The notes under the pieces: model-generated
Told to the model about the DNA's origin: nothing
Seen by the model: the letters and a program-made list of their open reading frames with translations, nothing else
Database searches by the model: none
Shown here: positions 25,687 to 39,959 of the stretch, one piece after another
How the letters are laid out: each line of letters opens with the position of its first letter
Position numbering within the stretch: position 1 is the first letter of the stretch
Position numbers and translations under genes: made by a program
Source: Chrysemys picta bellii
Lineage: Eukaryota
Direction of reading: 5' to 3'
Length of the DNA: 64,000 bases
Assembly: GCF_011386835.1 (NCBI RefSeq)
Contig: NC_088793.1
Location: 196,912,001-196,976,000, forward strand

Positions 25687-28600
25687 TTCTGGAATAACTA
25701 TTTCAATCCCAATGCAAAATGCGTAGGAAATCACATACAAAATGCTGAAATCAGCCTTTAGTCAAGGGCAGTTTCTGAAACTGTAATCACCATCAGTACA
25801 AGTAGGATGCTAAAAATACAAGTTACCACTTTGACTTGATAGTATACCTTACTTGGTGGTAAATCAGAAAGATCAAGATGGATGACAGATAGGAGAACCA
25901 TGTATGTAATACATGCATATATGTTATGAACTATGCACTTGTATGACATAATGTGTTATGAACAGTGTATAATAGAGTATTCTGAATTTATGACTTGTTA
26001 GCCTCAAAAGCCTCCTAGACTTTTGGGCCTTAACAGTATTGCCACACATCTTCCAACAAGTAATTTCCCTATAGATTTGCCAAAATGTTTAATTTCTAAT
26101 CTCCCTGTCACAAGGATTTCTATACATTAAGTATAGGCAAAGACTATTTTCCCTACTATCTTAGACTATTAACTTAGAAAGAAACTAAATTATAACTCAT
26201 TACACTTCTAAATTTTCATATATTTGCAACTCATACACCTTTTCCTCAGATGAGTGGCTTCACTACCATTAATAGAGTTCCAGATCAAGGTCTTCAATTT
26301 TTTGCATTTTAAAAAATAAACAAACAGTCAAGTTGTTAAGCTACAACAGATTGTTGTGTAAAGTATTTGAAGTTTTCATAAATAATATATTTAAGGAGAC
26401 TCAATAAGAAGATAGTAATAAAAATAAGTTAATTATAGCGTTTTTAAAAGAAGTTTCAGTATTCTTAGGCTGTGAGCTGATAAAATCTAATTATTTCTCA
26501 AATACCCTTTGGAATTGTTCAGGAAGATTTACTCCAATTTCTACGACTACATTCCGTAGTTGGCCAGACCTCACAAGATAAAAGATAGCTGAATGGGCAC
26601 TCCATATCTTTTATGAACATCCCACAGGTACATATTAAAATATAGTATTAATGTGCTGTAACATGCATCACAACCTGTTGATTGATAAAACTGGGCTAGA
26701 CTTCAAAGATTCTAGGAATACAACATGTTTTAAAGAGGCTTTCCTAATCTTAATGGAATCTGAGTTTTAAGAAACACTTTTAGAATACTCAGAATTCAAA
26801 ATCTACCCTGAATTACCATATTCAATAGTCTTGTTTTGCATGACAACTGAACAGAGGCATGCTGCAATACAATGCCTGCAATACAATATATATAAGTTAA
26901 ATGACCCTTAGTATAACCGATGAGCAAAGGAGGCCACAAGTAGCTCTTCCAATGGCAAAGCCCAATGCATTTAGCACACTGGGAAGAGATTTTATGAACG
27001 GTTAAAATTAGCATTACACAGTTTTTACCTGTTATTTTGCTGGTGAATTTGCTGACATTGAACAAATAAATCTGCCTAGAGAAATGGTTAATTGTCTAGA
27101 TGAATGTCTAAAAATATTTTTAAATATGTAATTATCTCAACTCTTTTCTCTGACAAGTTTTTATTCATAAAGTTATAGTCCATTGTATATTTAATAAAGC
27201 ACATTTTAATGTATTCAAATGAGGACTGGAATTCAGGAAACGTAGGAGAAATTTCTCATTCTCTTAAAAAAGCTTGAGAACATTCCTATTAGGACTTCTC
27301 CTTGCCCCCTATATTTAAAGAAAAATGGAACGTGTACCATTTTGATGTTTCAACCACATCAAAATCAGATACAGCAAATATTGGTAATGAAAAATATATT
27401 TAAATGGGAAATTCATGTTTACAAAAGGTGAATTTTGAAGATTTAAAAAATTTAGCATGTAGTAAATGGACATCTTTTTTCAGGAAAATAATAAACAACT
27501 AGAAACTTCAGTTCTACAGTTAGACCTTATTTAAGCAATGTAAGTACCAAGTTGATAATTTCTTGTGTTCCTAGTGGTTTCCATAAGCCTTAGACTTAAA
27601 GAAATCCAGGTCCCTTGCAAACTTAATGGAGCTTGGCCTTGCTGTCCTCTGATGCCACAAAAAGTGCAATCATTGAACAATTGAGGTCAACATAGCCCTT
27701 ATCATGAGCTTGCCTTCTACTTTGATATCACCTAGTCTTACTAGTGAATACCAGGGTCAAACAGCTCTATCAAACAAGCATACAGACAAGATAAACTAAA
27801 TGAAGGTAATGAAGAGAATATAATCAAATACTTGTGGGAGACAGCAATTGACTGACCTCAAAGAAACAAATATTTTGAGGGAAATTTAAAAAGACAATGG
27901 AAAATGTCAACTATGCTAAATCAAATAGCACTTGTGCAAGTTAATAAGCTACTAGTAAAAGGAAACTATGTTGTAGGAAGAAATTATTAAGCAAATTTAT
28001 TTTCTAAATGATGTTACTTATCAATGAATTAAAAAGATATGAGTATTTACAATGCCTTATTTGTCCTCATCTGACTTTCCTAAGAACTAAAATAAGCATC
28101 TCAAATAGGTGTTTTAGAGGATAATAAGAAAAACAATTACGCCTTTACTAATTTAATATGGACTTTGCAATACTAATGCCTTTAAGGAAACATTATTCAA
28201 AGCTAGAGATGAATAATCTCTTATGATTCCTATGTCAACATGACCTCCCAAGGGTCCCTGCAGTTGTTTATTGTTCATCAAATGAATTACTTCATGCCTA
28301 CAGTTTTTGAATGAAACCAGCAGAGTCAAAAATCCAATTTGTTTCTATGTAGGAATGACTTTCCTCCTGAGATCCTCACCTTATTTCATGAAGTATAGCA
28401 TTTGTTTACACTAGTTAATACATACAAAAACCTTTTTTGAGCAATTAACTATTTCAACGCTCTCCCTGATTCTCTACAAATCCAAATCTACAATACATTC
28501 GCCACAAAGTCAAAAAAGAATGTCATATCTCAAATGAGATTTCAGTAATATTTTTAGTAATATTTTTAGTCACAAAATGAAACAGATTATAAAAGGGAAA

Positions 28601-29029
28601 TAAAAATTATTCATAGACTTTTTACTTCAAACCTACAGATCTTGAATACTGAACAGTTTCTCAGAAGTTTGTTATTTGACTCTCTATGTAAAAGTTATGT
28701 TGACATTTTATTTTATTTTTACACATTTAGACTCAAAGATGTAGTTGTCTTTGATTATGTAATTGCATCTTATTTACAAATGTAACATTTGTTTCCATTG
28801 AGTAAGAACAGTTGTTTCCAATTTTCTTCTGAAAAGGCATATCTACCAAAATAAGAGATTCACCCACTCTTTCTGTACTGTTATAAATCATATTCTGCAG
28901 GCATAATAATTTTAAAAGGCACTTGACTTTAATAAATCTTAAAAGTGTTAGTATTTATCAGGTTGGTTACAAACCTAATAGTACTGCCCAAGATTTCAGG
29001 TTTGGCAGACTGTGCTGTAGTTGCCTTCT

Positions 29030-29402
29030 ACTCCCTCTAGTGTTGGTAATGCACATTCCTTGTGCGTCTGCTTATCCAGTTACTCACTAAACAAGAGCCA
29101 AGATAAGACCTGCCCATTTATGACATCAGCTCTTTATTCAACCACTGTTAGGTGAAGCTTTAACTTCAGACTTTGAGGTGGGCTGTGTGCACGTAACTGG
29201 AATGCTTTCCTTCTCTCACTCCTTCGCAGCGTAGGAGAAGTGATCTGACACAGTATACGCTCACACCATAGCTGCTATAAGCTGCTCTTGCTTTTTGTTA
29301 CTGGACCTGAAATAAGGGCTTTTATTACTTCGCATAACCATTCGAAGTGGAATAACGGCTGTTGCTGCATTGTAAATAAGAATTCTTTTTCTCACCTTGC
29401 AG
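29030..29402 (+). promoter_or_regulatory. FLRT3: Probable FLRT3 promoter and first non-coding exon (start position approximate)
   Basis: Locally higher-complexity, CpG-retaining segment ending in a strong donor CAG|gtaagc (GT at 29403), about 10.5 kb upstream of the coding exon, matching the recalled mammalian gene layout. GATA site (GATAAG 29102-29107) and CRE-like TGACATCA (29121-29128). The TSS is not determinable from sequence. Confidence 0.6.
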
Positions 29403-32400
29403 GTAAGCGTTTTCATTGATTTCTCCTAATTTCCTCAAAAGTTTTATATTTTACTTCCCCACTGGGAATTTTTCACGTGCAGCAAGGCAAAATTTTACTA
29501 TTAGAGATCAGTATGAAGATGATAAATGCAAAGTTATGATGCACTTCTACAGTGCTGTACAAATATAAGAAGTTCATTTAAAACATGGTTCATATTTAGC
29601 AATCAAGTTTCAATCGGCATACTAGCATCAAGCTTTGCAAACATTGCTACTATTTTGCTCTAACCAAATACTAGAAAATACACTATAGCTACCTCACTAA
29701 AATAAAAAAAAAATCATATTTTCCAAGCCTGGCCAGTACTGCATGTGTGGTATGATCCCCTTAATAGTCGTTTTTACAGCTGTGAAAGGAAATCAATGAT
29801 CCTTCGCACATGAGTATTCAGTACATAAGGAACAAATATCTTGCTCACAGCTAGATCTGCGTCTGTATACTTACAATTTTTTGTGAAGGATAAACAAACA
29901 GCTACACCTAGATTCTAAAGCCTGCATTACTATCCCACGTCTGTAATTCTGAAACAAGACATTTGAGTTTTAACTGTTTAATTCAGTATAGAGAGGATAT
30001 GGTTTAAAAATATATTCCTTCCCCAATATAATGCCAAATTTCATTGCTTAGACAAATGTAGTATGTGACCTGCATAGTAATTCAATAAATCTAGTCAGAC
30101 AGACTAACAAAGCTAAGCTTTAGGGCAGTGCAAAGGGACCAGATTGCTATATTCAGTAATTTTTAAAAATCCTTCTGTGTGCAATTTAGCCATTCATTTG
30201 AAAACAGTTTTTCTCCATGACTGTATGTATTCACAATGTGAAAAAGTATTTTTTCAGTTAATCCCCCCCCCCCCCCACAAAATGTTGCATACATCACACA
30301 AAATCCCCAGTGGGGTTATGTGTTGAACAAAATGGTTGCACGCATGTTAAGAAAGAATGCAACAGGCCCCGATTTTCTTAGAAACCACATTAAAAACAAA
30401 AAGAAAGGAAAAAAAATATGAGAGTTGGCTGATACTCCTTTCTATGGACCCGATATGGCTAGTTTTAATAAACTTTGTTCTATGTTTTCCCATGTTACTC
30501 AGTAAGTTATTAATTTTACTTGCCATTTTTCCAAGAGTGCATAATATACGCTATTACAGAAGTTGTTTTAACATCCAGAGGAGATTTTATCATCCAAATA
30601 TATGTTTCTGATTCAGCTAGCATTACTCTAAGACTTAAGTCAATAAAGCATTGGCAAAAAAACAAACAAGCTGTGGAAAGAGGATGTTCTTTGTATTTTA
30701 GATATTTTATTTAAATTGGACTAACTTTTACTCTCTGACGGCAAATAATTTGATTGAGCACATCTCTGACACATCAAGGCAAAGTTGCTAGAGTGTTACA
30801 AATGTCTTACAGTGACAATGAATGCATATAATTAACTAATTAATGAAGGGTATTGTTAGCCATAGATTACTAATTTGGTTGGAACATGAAAGTCACTTCT
30901 CTCCCTTTTTTAAGGCATTAATTCTGGTCAGTTCACAATGTACTATTAAACACTTTCTATACATCAATACTAGTAAAATGCAGAATCATTCCACAATTCA
31001 AGTTGCTCTTACAAAGAAATTGTCACACTGATTTCAAGATGCAAGGTCTGTTCCCTAATTATCTCTTGGAAATAAAAAAAATATATGGATATTCCTTTTC
31101 TATCATAAATTCTCAGTGTTTAAATGAGACCATGTTAAAAAAAATGATTAAAATATTGCAGCTGTCTAACTTCAATAAGCTATTAATTATCTTTACCCCA
31201 TTTTCTTTGCTAGACTATACTGCCCAAACAGATAGAAATTCCAGTTATGCTCGTCTACTGCCTCAGGATATGGAGTCTTAATGAACCTTTCTTTGTGGCA
31301 AGATGGAAAATGCAAACATCAATTTAAGTAAAGAGAAAAAAATTGTCTGCTCTAAAAAACAAAGATCCATATGTATTTTTCTTGTGAATATATGTCACAT
31401 GTCCTAACTGACTCACTCGGTAGGTGAATTTTTTTTTATTTTTTTTTTCCCCTAAACCTGAAAATTTTAAGGTTAATTTAATATCTTCCAAAAACCTTTC
31501 ACCACATTTTAGCTTAAAAGCCCTCACCTTTGTTTTAAACTATTTCAGATTCAGAAGTTACTAGGTACCATACAGTCCTGGTTTATAAAAAGCCAATTAA
31601 CTGAAAATATAGATAGTTGGTTCTATATAGAAATTGTGTTAATTCCATTATTGAGAATTTCAGTTTTTCCTCAAAATTTTATTCTATTAAAAGGCATATT
31701 TTCTCTCTGTTCTGTGACCTACCCTTCCCCAGGAACTGTGATCATCCCTTGTCACAGACCGCATTTATAAAATTGATCTCTTAAATTCTTAAATTCATAC
31801 TATTTAGTTCTACTAACATTCTCACTGAGAATGACCAGATAAAACACCATGGTTAATTAAATCAACATGGGAAGTAAAGTTCAGTAAAATCTTTCAAAGA
31901 CTGATTTTTTTCCCTTGGAGGCCTCCACTGTTTTTCTCAACAGGAGGCTTTGTTGTAATTAAAGCAGAGAAAACTGGACAGCAGCAAAAAACATCTGACT
32001 TGTGGCTCTTAAAACAGACTTTTTGTAGTGTGTACCACCCCCCAGTGGGCAAAAACTCTGTAGTAAACTCACAGCAAGCCTTAATCTTCAGAAAGACAAT
32101 GTGTTCTTTTTACAGCAAGAACAAATAAAGATGTGTCCCTGATTCATTTATTTTTTATAATATCTTTGCAATGAACTGTTTTAGTTTAAACTGATGATTT
32201 AAGGCAGTGATGTCTACCCAACTAAATTATTTTTGTATTACAGTTTGCACAGGTTTTCATTACAACAATTTTTAATGCCTTCAACTGGTAGATGGACATC
32301 TTTTTCACTTTCTAGCAGGACACATTTATGTTAATAGCTAATATTTCTGAAGTTTTTACTCAATAACTCCTTCACAACAGAAGACTGCAGATATCATTTT

Positions 32401-35400
32401 CAAGACTGCCTGAGCAACATTAATACAGCAAGCATGTACACTTATTTTGATAAGTAGCTGAAATAATCACAGTAGACTGGTATCCTGAATTAAGCTTTTA
32501 GTAAAGAAGACATTATGTACCACAAACCATGCCCCCCTCAGTAAGGGCTGATAACTCCGATCACATTATTACTTGAACATTTTCACCAAGTTCATTTTAT
32601 ATATTGGAGAGCACTTTAATCAGTCAGTAGCTACCAAACCAAACAACTAAGACAATCAACAACTATTCCTAAGTGGGAAAGAAACAAAACATTGAAGCTT
32701 ATCTATCAGCTAAGCTAAACAGTATTTAGTATATACATAGCCTCTTGTTATGCCTCAACTTCAGTGCCAGGCATTTGTTAAAACCCTTCCAGATACTATT
32801 CAACTTAAATTTAACAAGGGAAAAAATTGGTTTTATTGGGAGACAATGACAGCATTTGTTCTCTCTTCTTTCACTTCAGATGTGGACAAGTAACCTTAGC
32901 AGCAACTTTGAAAAGAAAACCTAGAAGGCATATTAGGTTAAGCCCAGAGAGTACAACTCCCACCCCTCCTGAGTGCTATTTTATTTCTGATTTAAAATTT
33001 ACCAAATCAAAGCTGCAACCTTCATAGAATTAAAGCAGATAATTTTATTTCAAATAAGTACACTTCTACTGTACTCTGAACTTTTCAAGCTAACAGCAGC
33101 AAATTTGCATTTCTGATTTAGGTCAATAGTAGCAAAAATACTAGCCACAAAAAAAATTCAGAAAATATTAACTGAAAACAAATATTTCTTATGCCACTTT
33201 TCATCCACTCCAATGAATACTGATTTTGCTTCTACTTTATGCCATGCAAAAGAGGCAGAAAGTAACCCTTATAATCATTATCCATTTCTAGTCAAGTTAA
33301 AGCTAATATACTCTCCATGAAATTTCATTTTTGTTTTAAAGAAACCTGATTTCGTTTTACAAACAGAAGTACATGAAGCAGTCTCAGGTTCATTCACTAT
33401 CAGCCTTGGGGAAGGCGGGGGAGGGGGAGGGAGGAAAATAATAAATATTTTTGAGCATTTAAAATTGATTTTCCATAAGCCAAAGAAAAACCTTATTCAA
33501 CAGGAAAAGACAGAACCCAAACTAAAATCACACTTGCACTTCACCAAAACCTTAAATTCTTTGGCCCTCATGAGAATAGTTAGAGGTCCTTCTGCTTGCC
33601 TAGCATTAAACAAAAGAATGGGGCACCTTCCTGAAATATGATGATCCTGGAAATTTCAATTACTAGACAGGCTGCTTAGAAAGCATTTTGCTGTTGCTAT
33701 TAACTAAGTCTGAGTAGAACATTCAAGAAAACAATGCCTACACTTTGTTTTATATACAGTTGAGTACTATGTGCACTTTTAAAAAACCTTTTCAAGCTTT
33801 TTAAGAGCAAGTAAGGCCTTTGTAAACTAGTTATTTAACCCAAGTTTCTAAATTGGCCACATATACAATGGACAACTCAATTACTTTTACAAATAAAAAA
33901 CAAGTTACATTAAACACACTTTTTCTTTTGCTACCCATCCATTTCAAATTACATTTATTTAGAATAGTAAATTAAATGATACTGTGAAATTGAAATGTTT
34001 TGAACTATCAAATTTGTACTCAAAAGCTGAGTTAATTCTAGACATCTTGTCATCTTGGTTACATTTATAGCCTAAAACTACTGCTTATCAAATTATCAAA
34101 CCATTGTTTTAGATGTTAGAAAGAATATAAATCATAAGCTTTCATGGTACAGGGTTAAAATAAGAAAAATTGGGGGAGGAACAAGAAATAAAACAATTCT
34201 AGACTTTATGCAACTTTTAGCAAAGTTTGGAAGAAAGTTGTGTGTGTTTTTTTAAGTTAGCATTTGACAATGTTCCAGCATCATTTTAATACACCTTTAT
34301 TCTTTTTGCCTGTCTACAGAAATGAGTGCACCTATTTATAATACAGACTTCAAGTTTGATGTTTCCCTTTCATAGATAAAAGTGTCGTGACACAAGACAT
34401 TTTCTTTATATAATGCAAGTTACTTTAAAATATTCAAAGTAAGATCTCTGAGCAATTTGTTTGCCCCAGTGAAGTTTCATTGTTGGAATAAGTACACGGA
34501 AGGCTTCTCATACATTATCAGTAGCTGTATTACATATGCACAGATAATAGTGTCTCAATAAAAGAGAAAGTTTGCTATCTTAGCAAGGGCCATGAAAATA
34601 TTCAATTTAGAACTAAGTGTACTTAAAACTTCCATTCATAATTGTTCAGATATATTACTTTTGTTACCAGAGACTGATTTGTGCATTAAGAAGAAAAAAT
34701 TATTTATAAAGCTTATATTTTAAAAACTTTCCCTCTTTTCTCTTAACGGTTCCCCCGCCCAACCCCCCCCAAATTAATAGCTTCTTTCAAAACCATGGGT
34801 CCATGAAACCTCCCAATTTGATGTTGTGGAAACCTGGCCACAGTGTCTGTACCAGTGGGGGTCATTTTTCTTTTAATCCTGCAGGCCAGGCTACAATGAC
34901 TTGATGTCAGGGAATATGTTGAGACAGCTCAAGAAGAGGGAAGTCTGAGCATGGCAGCAGGATTCCCCTCTTCTATGTAGACAGATCACTGCAGCCTTTG
35001 ATATGCAAAAACATTGTTTTCAGCTATAGTTTCAGATGTAAAAGGAAAATGCAAGATATCAAACACAATCAAATCCTGAAGAAAACTGTTCTCAGTTTAA
35101 GTAAAGGGAGGAGGGGGGGGGTATAAACTTAATCCACATTTTTGAAACAGTGTCTTTCTCCAAAGAGACCTGTATTTTCCCCTCTCTTTTGTTTTGATGT
35201 AATTTCCAGAGAAGGGATAAAGAATTCCAGGAACTTAATGAGCTTTAGGGTTTTCAGTTTAATCCTACATTGCCAGTAGTACAATAGAGGCAATAAACGA
35301 GCGTTTGCATGTCAAATGGAGCAAAGAGGAAACAATTTAGAATTTGAAAAGGTAAAACAAATACATTTATCGTCTTTCTCCACACAATTTGGAACTTTTT

Positions 35401-35981
35401 TTCCTCCTCTTTCTCAGGAGTAAATGTTTAGAAACCAATTGATACACATTTTTACAGTTTAATTTTACCTTAGCACTATGTTTACCATTAAAAGTTCTAA
35501 TTTAAAAGCAATTATCTGCTATCTTTTATTAAGAGTTTCAATTAGTACAGACTTCAAAAGCACTTTAAAACAAGCTTTTATTCCCTTCTCTCCCTCCCTC
35601 CCCCCACCTTCCAGTATATGCCACCCTTTTTCAAAACTACTTTTCCTTTATCATATCATGTGAGATCCATGGGGATTTCATTTTTATATAGATTAGATAA
35701 TTAAATATATTACAAATTTAGGAATAAAAGACACAGAAGCTATATAAAACAAAACATTTACAGGCATTATTTGAGCTGAAATATTCTTTGGGATTTTTTA
35801 TATTTATTTTCCAGTTTACAAAACAACATGCAATACAGGTTAGTAATGCCATAAGAAGCATAAGCAATTCTATATTTTATTTTTCCAAAATGTACCCATG
35901 TATTAATATTTTATTTAACGTACTGCATTAAGTTAAAAAATAAAAATATTTCTAACTGTTATTCTAACAATAGCCACATTT

Positions 35982-36169
35982 AGAGAGACAAGGTGGGTGA
36001 GGCAAATTTAGAGACCCAAGGTGATTAATATCTTTTATTGGACTAACTTATTTTGGTGAATGAGACAGAGCTCTTCAGAAGGAGGTGGCCCAATAAAAGA
36101 TATTACCTCACCCACTTTGTCTTTCTAATATCCTGGGACCAACACAGCTACAACAACACTGCAAACAAC
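35982..36169. mobile_element. Palindromic non-autonomous Penelope-like repeat with TSD
   Basis: Same family as 25527-25686; flanked by direct repeat agccacattt (35972-35981 / 36170-36179). Confidence 0.75.
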
Positions 36170-38329
36170 AGCCACATTTGTCAGTTTAAGTCAATATTTT
36201 TTCATTACTGATGAAACAAGGAGGGAAAGAAAACACCTAGAATTAAAACCACAATTATGAACATAACTCTACTCCTCAGTGGACATTTGCATTACTCCTA
36301 CGAGAATGCTTCAGGATGGGTGTCAATAGTTAGATTTCAGAAAATAAATGAATACATATTTACAATGGTTTAGCACCAAGGTCTACAGTGGAGACGCTCT
36401 TGATTTACATAGGTGTAACAGAACAGAATCAGGCACATACCCTTCCGCTTTCAAGATTCACAAGTCAAAATGAATATATCTGCCCTTTAAAAAAAATGTT
36501 AATACCTACAATAATTAACCAAGTCTCTGATTGGATCTAATATTTTATGGTAGACTAGAAGCAGCGCTACTTTTCCTCAACTTCTTAAAATGGAGACCTG
36601 AGCAGCCATTATTCTACATACATTTTAATTCTAAAGCAGATGCTCAACTTTTTAGAATCGATGTGATTACTAAGTGGAGAAGCAAACTGCAGTTACAGCA
36701 TTATTATTTTTTAAATTTCAGGGTGTAGTATTTCCATTTCAAACCAACTCTCTCTAGATGGACTTACAGTACATGTTCTCTTAAGCATCTGACCAGATGA
36801 CCCTTGACCCTTCACAGTAGAGATAAGATTCCAGCAGAAAAATACAGTCTAAAACAATCTGTTATTATGCTTCCATCATGAAATCTGAACAGCCAGACCA
36901 AACGTTTTTTCTTTAGATATAAAATTTCTTACACCCTAGCACCCAGCATGTTTGAAACTGGAGTAAAGTAGCATCGTAATTGTATTATTACAGCATAGCA
37001 CTGATTCTAAATAATTACCTCATGGCAAGATACTTCAAATGAAATAAAATAGCTTAAAGTTTTAACAATATTGTATATTTTAATATATATTATACATAAC
37101 TCACACCACAACCATGAACATCTCTCCATCCTTGCAGGATGAAATAATGCAGAAGTCTAAGCATTCACACAATTTGAAAATGCTGTATCTGTTACTGAGG
37201 TAAAATGTTAACAGTACTTAGACCCAGCCTTTCTACCTGTCATCCAGTAACTAGTCAACAGTATTTCTGACATTTTATATTTAAAACCAAGAAGAGGATT
37301 AACCTGTTCGCTCAGTTTAGCAAGAATAAAAACCGAGATAGCAGTAGTATGCAAAGTGTTCAATGAGACTGGACTTCTATTTGTAATCAAATGGAATATA
37401 TGTCATGATTTCTCTACAGTCTGTTGATTAAAGCTGATTTCAATTACTATCGTGCTGAGACTAATATAACAAAATAGCTAAAGAAAAATCACAATAAATG
37501 TGAAATAAGACAGGAGAATGTCTGTTAGCAATTCCACTCATTTTGCTGAATTACCAACATACTAAGGTAACAAGATATATTGGTTATATAAATAATAAAT
37601 GTAGCTCAAATTGTATGAAGAATACAGTTCAGCATTTATTTGTATGCAAGTGTCCACTGTTGTTGTTATTCATTTAAAATCTGTTTATTTTCACAGGAAA
37701 TTAACAGCTTAAAGGACACTTTATAAGAGGAGTGGTTTTTTTAAGAAGGAATTAGCATGTTCCTGTTTCTTCAGAAGAATATTAAATGAATTAAAGAAAA
37801 ACAATCTATTGTAAAATAACTCATATGGTTATAGAGCATGAGGAAATATTTTCTGCATTGGAAATTTTGAACAAGTGTTCAGAAGTGAAAGTTGGAAGCA
37901 GTTCTTTCACAGCAGGTATGGATTTATCAGAATGTAGCTACTGTACAAAGTTTATACTTGGATAATTTGGGACAGAACCTCCCTTTTTTTATTTCTTGGA
38001 CCTTCTGAAGAGTCTATCATCATTCAAGTTAATGACAAATTAATAATCATTCAATCAACATAATGAATGATTTCCATCATGTGGAGCTGAAGTTAGTATC
38101 TTTGACTACTATGCTATACAGAAGAGTTTGTAAGAAATACAAGGAAATCAATTTCTGTTAAGGGTTTACACAAAACAAAAAAGAGATTCTTCATGCACAG
38201 ACTTTGTTTGAAGAACAAAACAGAAATCTCATTCCTGCATCGTGACAGGAAGTTGAAGCTTTTCTTCTCCACAACCTGGTGTGCTTATGTACCATGATAA
38301 ACCTTTGTTGGAATGTTCACTGAATACAG

Positions 38330-38502
38330 TGGAACTAGTCATAAAGTATTTACTACCAACAACAATCACTTGAGTAAACACAGTCAAGGAAGACCAGCTG
38401 CATGGAATAAACCATAAGACTCCAAAAGTCATTCTCCTCAGTCAAAAATTTATGTTTATTGGATTTCTGCAAGCAGAAAGTTTACTCATACTTTTAAATA
38501 AG
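38330..38502 (+). other. FLRT3: Probable FLRT3 5'-UTR exon 2 (acceptor uncertain: 38330 or 38442)
   Basis: Strong donor AAG|gtaaga (GT at 38503) about 1.4 kb upstream of the coding-exon acceptor. Candidate acceptors are aatacag|tgg (38329/38330) and ttctcctcag|tca (38441/38442). Confidence 0.55.
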
Positions 38503-39174
38503 GTAAGATCAATAATAATGTGGGGGTTTCTTTAGAGAGAGAATAAAATGCCATTAATAAATACATCTGCAAGAGAGGAGATTATGACATCATATAATGC
38601 ATAGGTGATGTTATAAATTTTCAGGATCCTAATTACAATGATAACTGAATTATATTGTCTTAGAATGTATAAAAATATTAATTGCTTGAGTACAATGTAC
38701 AAACAAATATTGCCAGAATCTAGTTCTAATCCCAACAGTTCATGTATAAAGTCTACGCTGTACACTTTGAATTAATAAGATGTGAAAATGTGGGTAAACC
38801 TGTCAAATAGTCACTTATTAGCATACTGCTTAGTAAGGAGACTTTTGAGAATGACCAATATTTAAACACTAAATTAAGCATGTAATGAAATATTCCATCC
38901 AATCATCTGGAAAAGTGTAGTTCTAGCGATTAGGTAAACCACTCCCAAGCTACATACCAGCTCCTTGGGTCTCTCACTTTTGAACATTCCAATTATTTTT
39001 AACATATCAAGGGCAATAACATGATTGATTACAACAACATGGGGCAGATCAACAACTGAGGAGGCTGTATTTGGTCACTGCTCTTTTGTTCACACAGGGA
39101 CTATTTAAAAGGTTATTTAGGACTCTTCAGAACTTCTGGAACTGTTATTTAGGAAGGGCTTCATTATTCTCTAA

Positions 39175-39456
39175 GGGCTTGTCTCCACTTACTGGTGGAT
39201 CGACACTGTGGAGATCGATCTACTGGAGGCTAGTGAAGACCTGCTAAATTGACCGCAGATCACTCTCCTGTCGACTCTGGTACTCCACCGGAATGAGAAG
39301 AGTAAGGGGAGTCAACGGGAGAGCGTCTCCCGTCGACATAGCATAGTGTGGACCCCGCAGTAAGAAGATCTAAGCTACATCAACTTGAGTTATGCGACTA
39401 ACGTAACTCAAATTGTGCAGCTTAGGTCGACTTTCCCCCGTAGTGTAGACCTGCCC
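39175..39456. mobile_element. PIF/Harbinger MITE in the FLRT3 intron preceding the coding exon
   Basis: TIRs gggcttgtctccact / agtgtagacctgccc; perfect TAA TSD (39172-39174 / 39457-39459); CpG-rich interior. Confidence 0.88.
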
Positions 39457-39959
39457 TAAGGGACCTATATATCGCCCAACTGATCTAATAAAAGTTATTT
39501 GATGGTTTTCAGGAACTGAATGTAAAATTTAGACAAGATTTTGTCTTGAAGTGAGCTTCAAAGATGAACAAATACTTAGATGGGAATGAAGTTATTTGAG
39601 AAGAAACTACCTCTTTTCTTTACACATAGAATGTGTAGTATTTGTTAGAAGGATGCTTCTTGTTTAAATGAAATAATGTACAAGTCAAACATAGTTGGGT
39701 TATATTCAAGTATCTGTATAATACTAAATCTATAAACCAAACTAAGCACAATTAGTGTAAGAAATGAAAGAAAACTGTTCTTCAGTTCAGCTAAAACTCA
39801 AAGTTCACAATAATACACACATTTTAGATGTCTTCTGTATTTTCAAAGTGTTTTTTTCATTGTAGTTCCTTGACTAGTAATCTGGATAATATTGTTCTTT
39901 TTTCCAGGTTGTTGAAGACCAGAAAACTAGACTGTGTACAAATCTCATTGTTCCTGACC

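Noticed and set aside
39828-39959. First 44 aa of the 693-aa ORF-track call as the normal FLRT3 N-terminus
   Set aside because: It runs through a polypyrimidine tract and canonical acceptor (39907). The true start at 39960 gives the expected 649 aa with a signal peptide.
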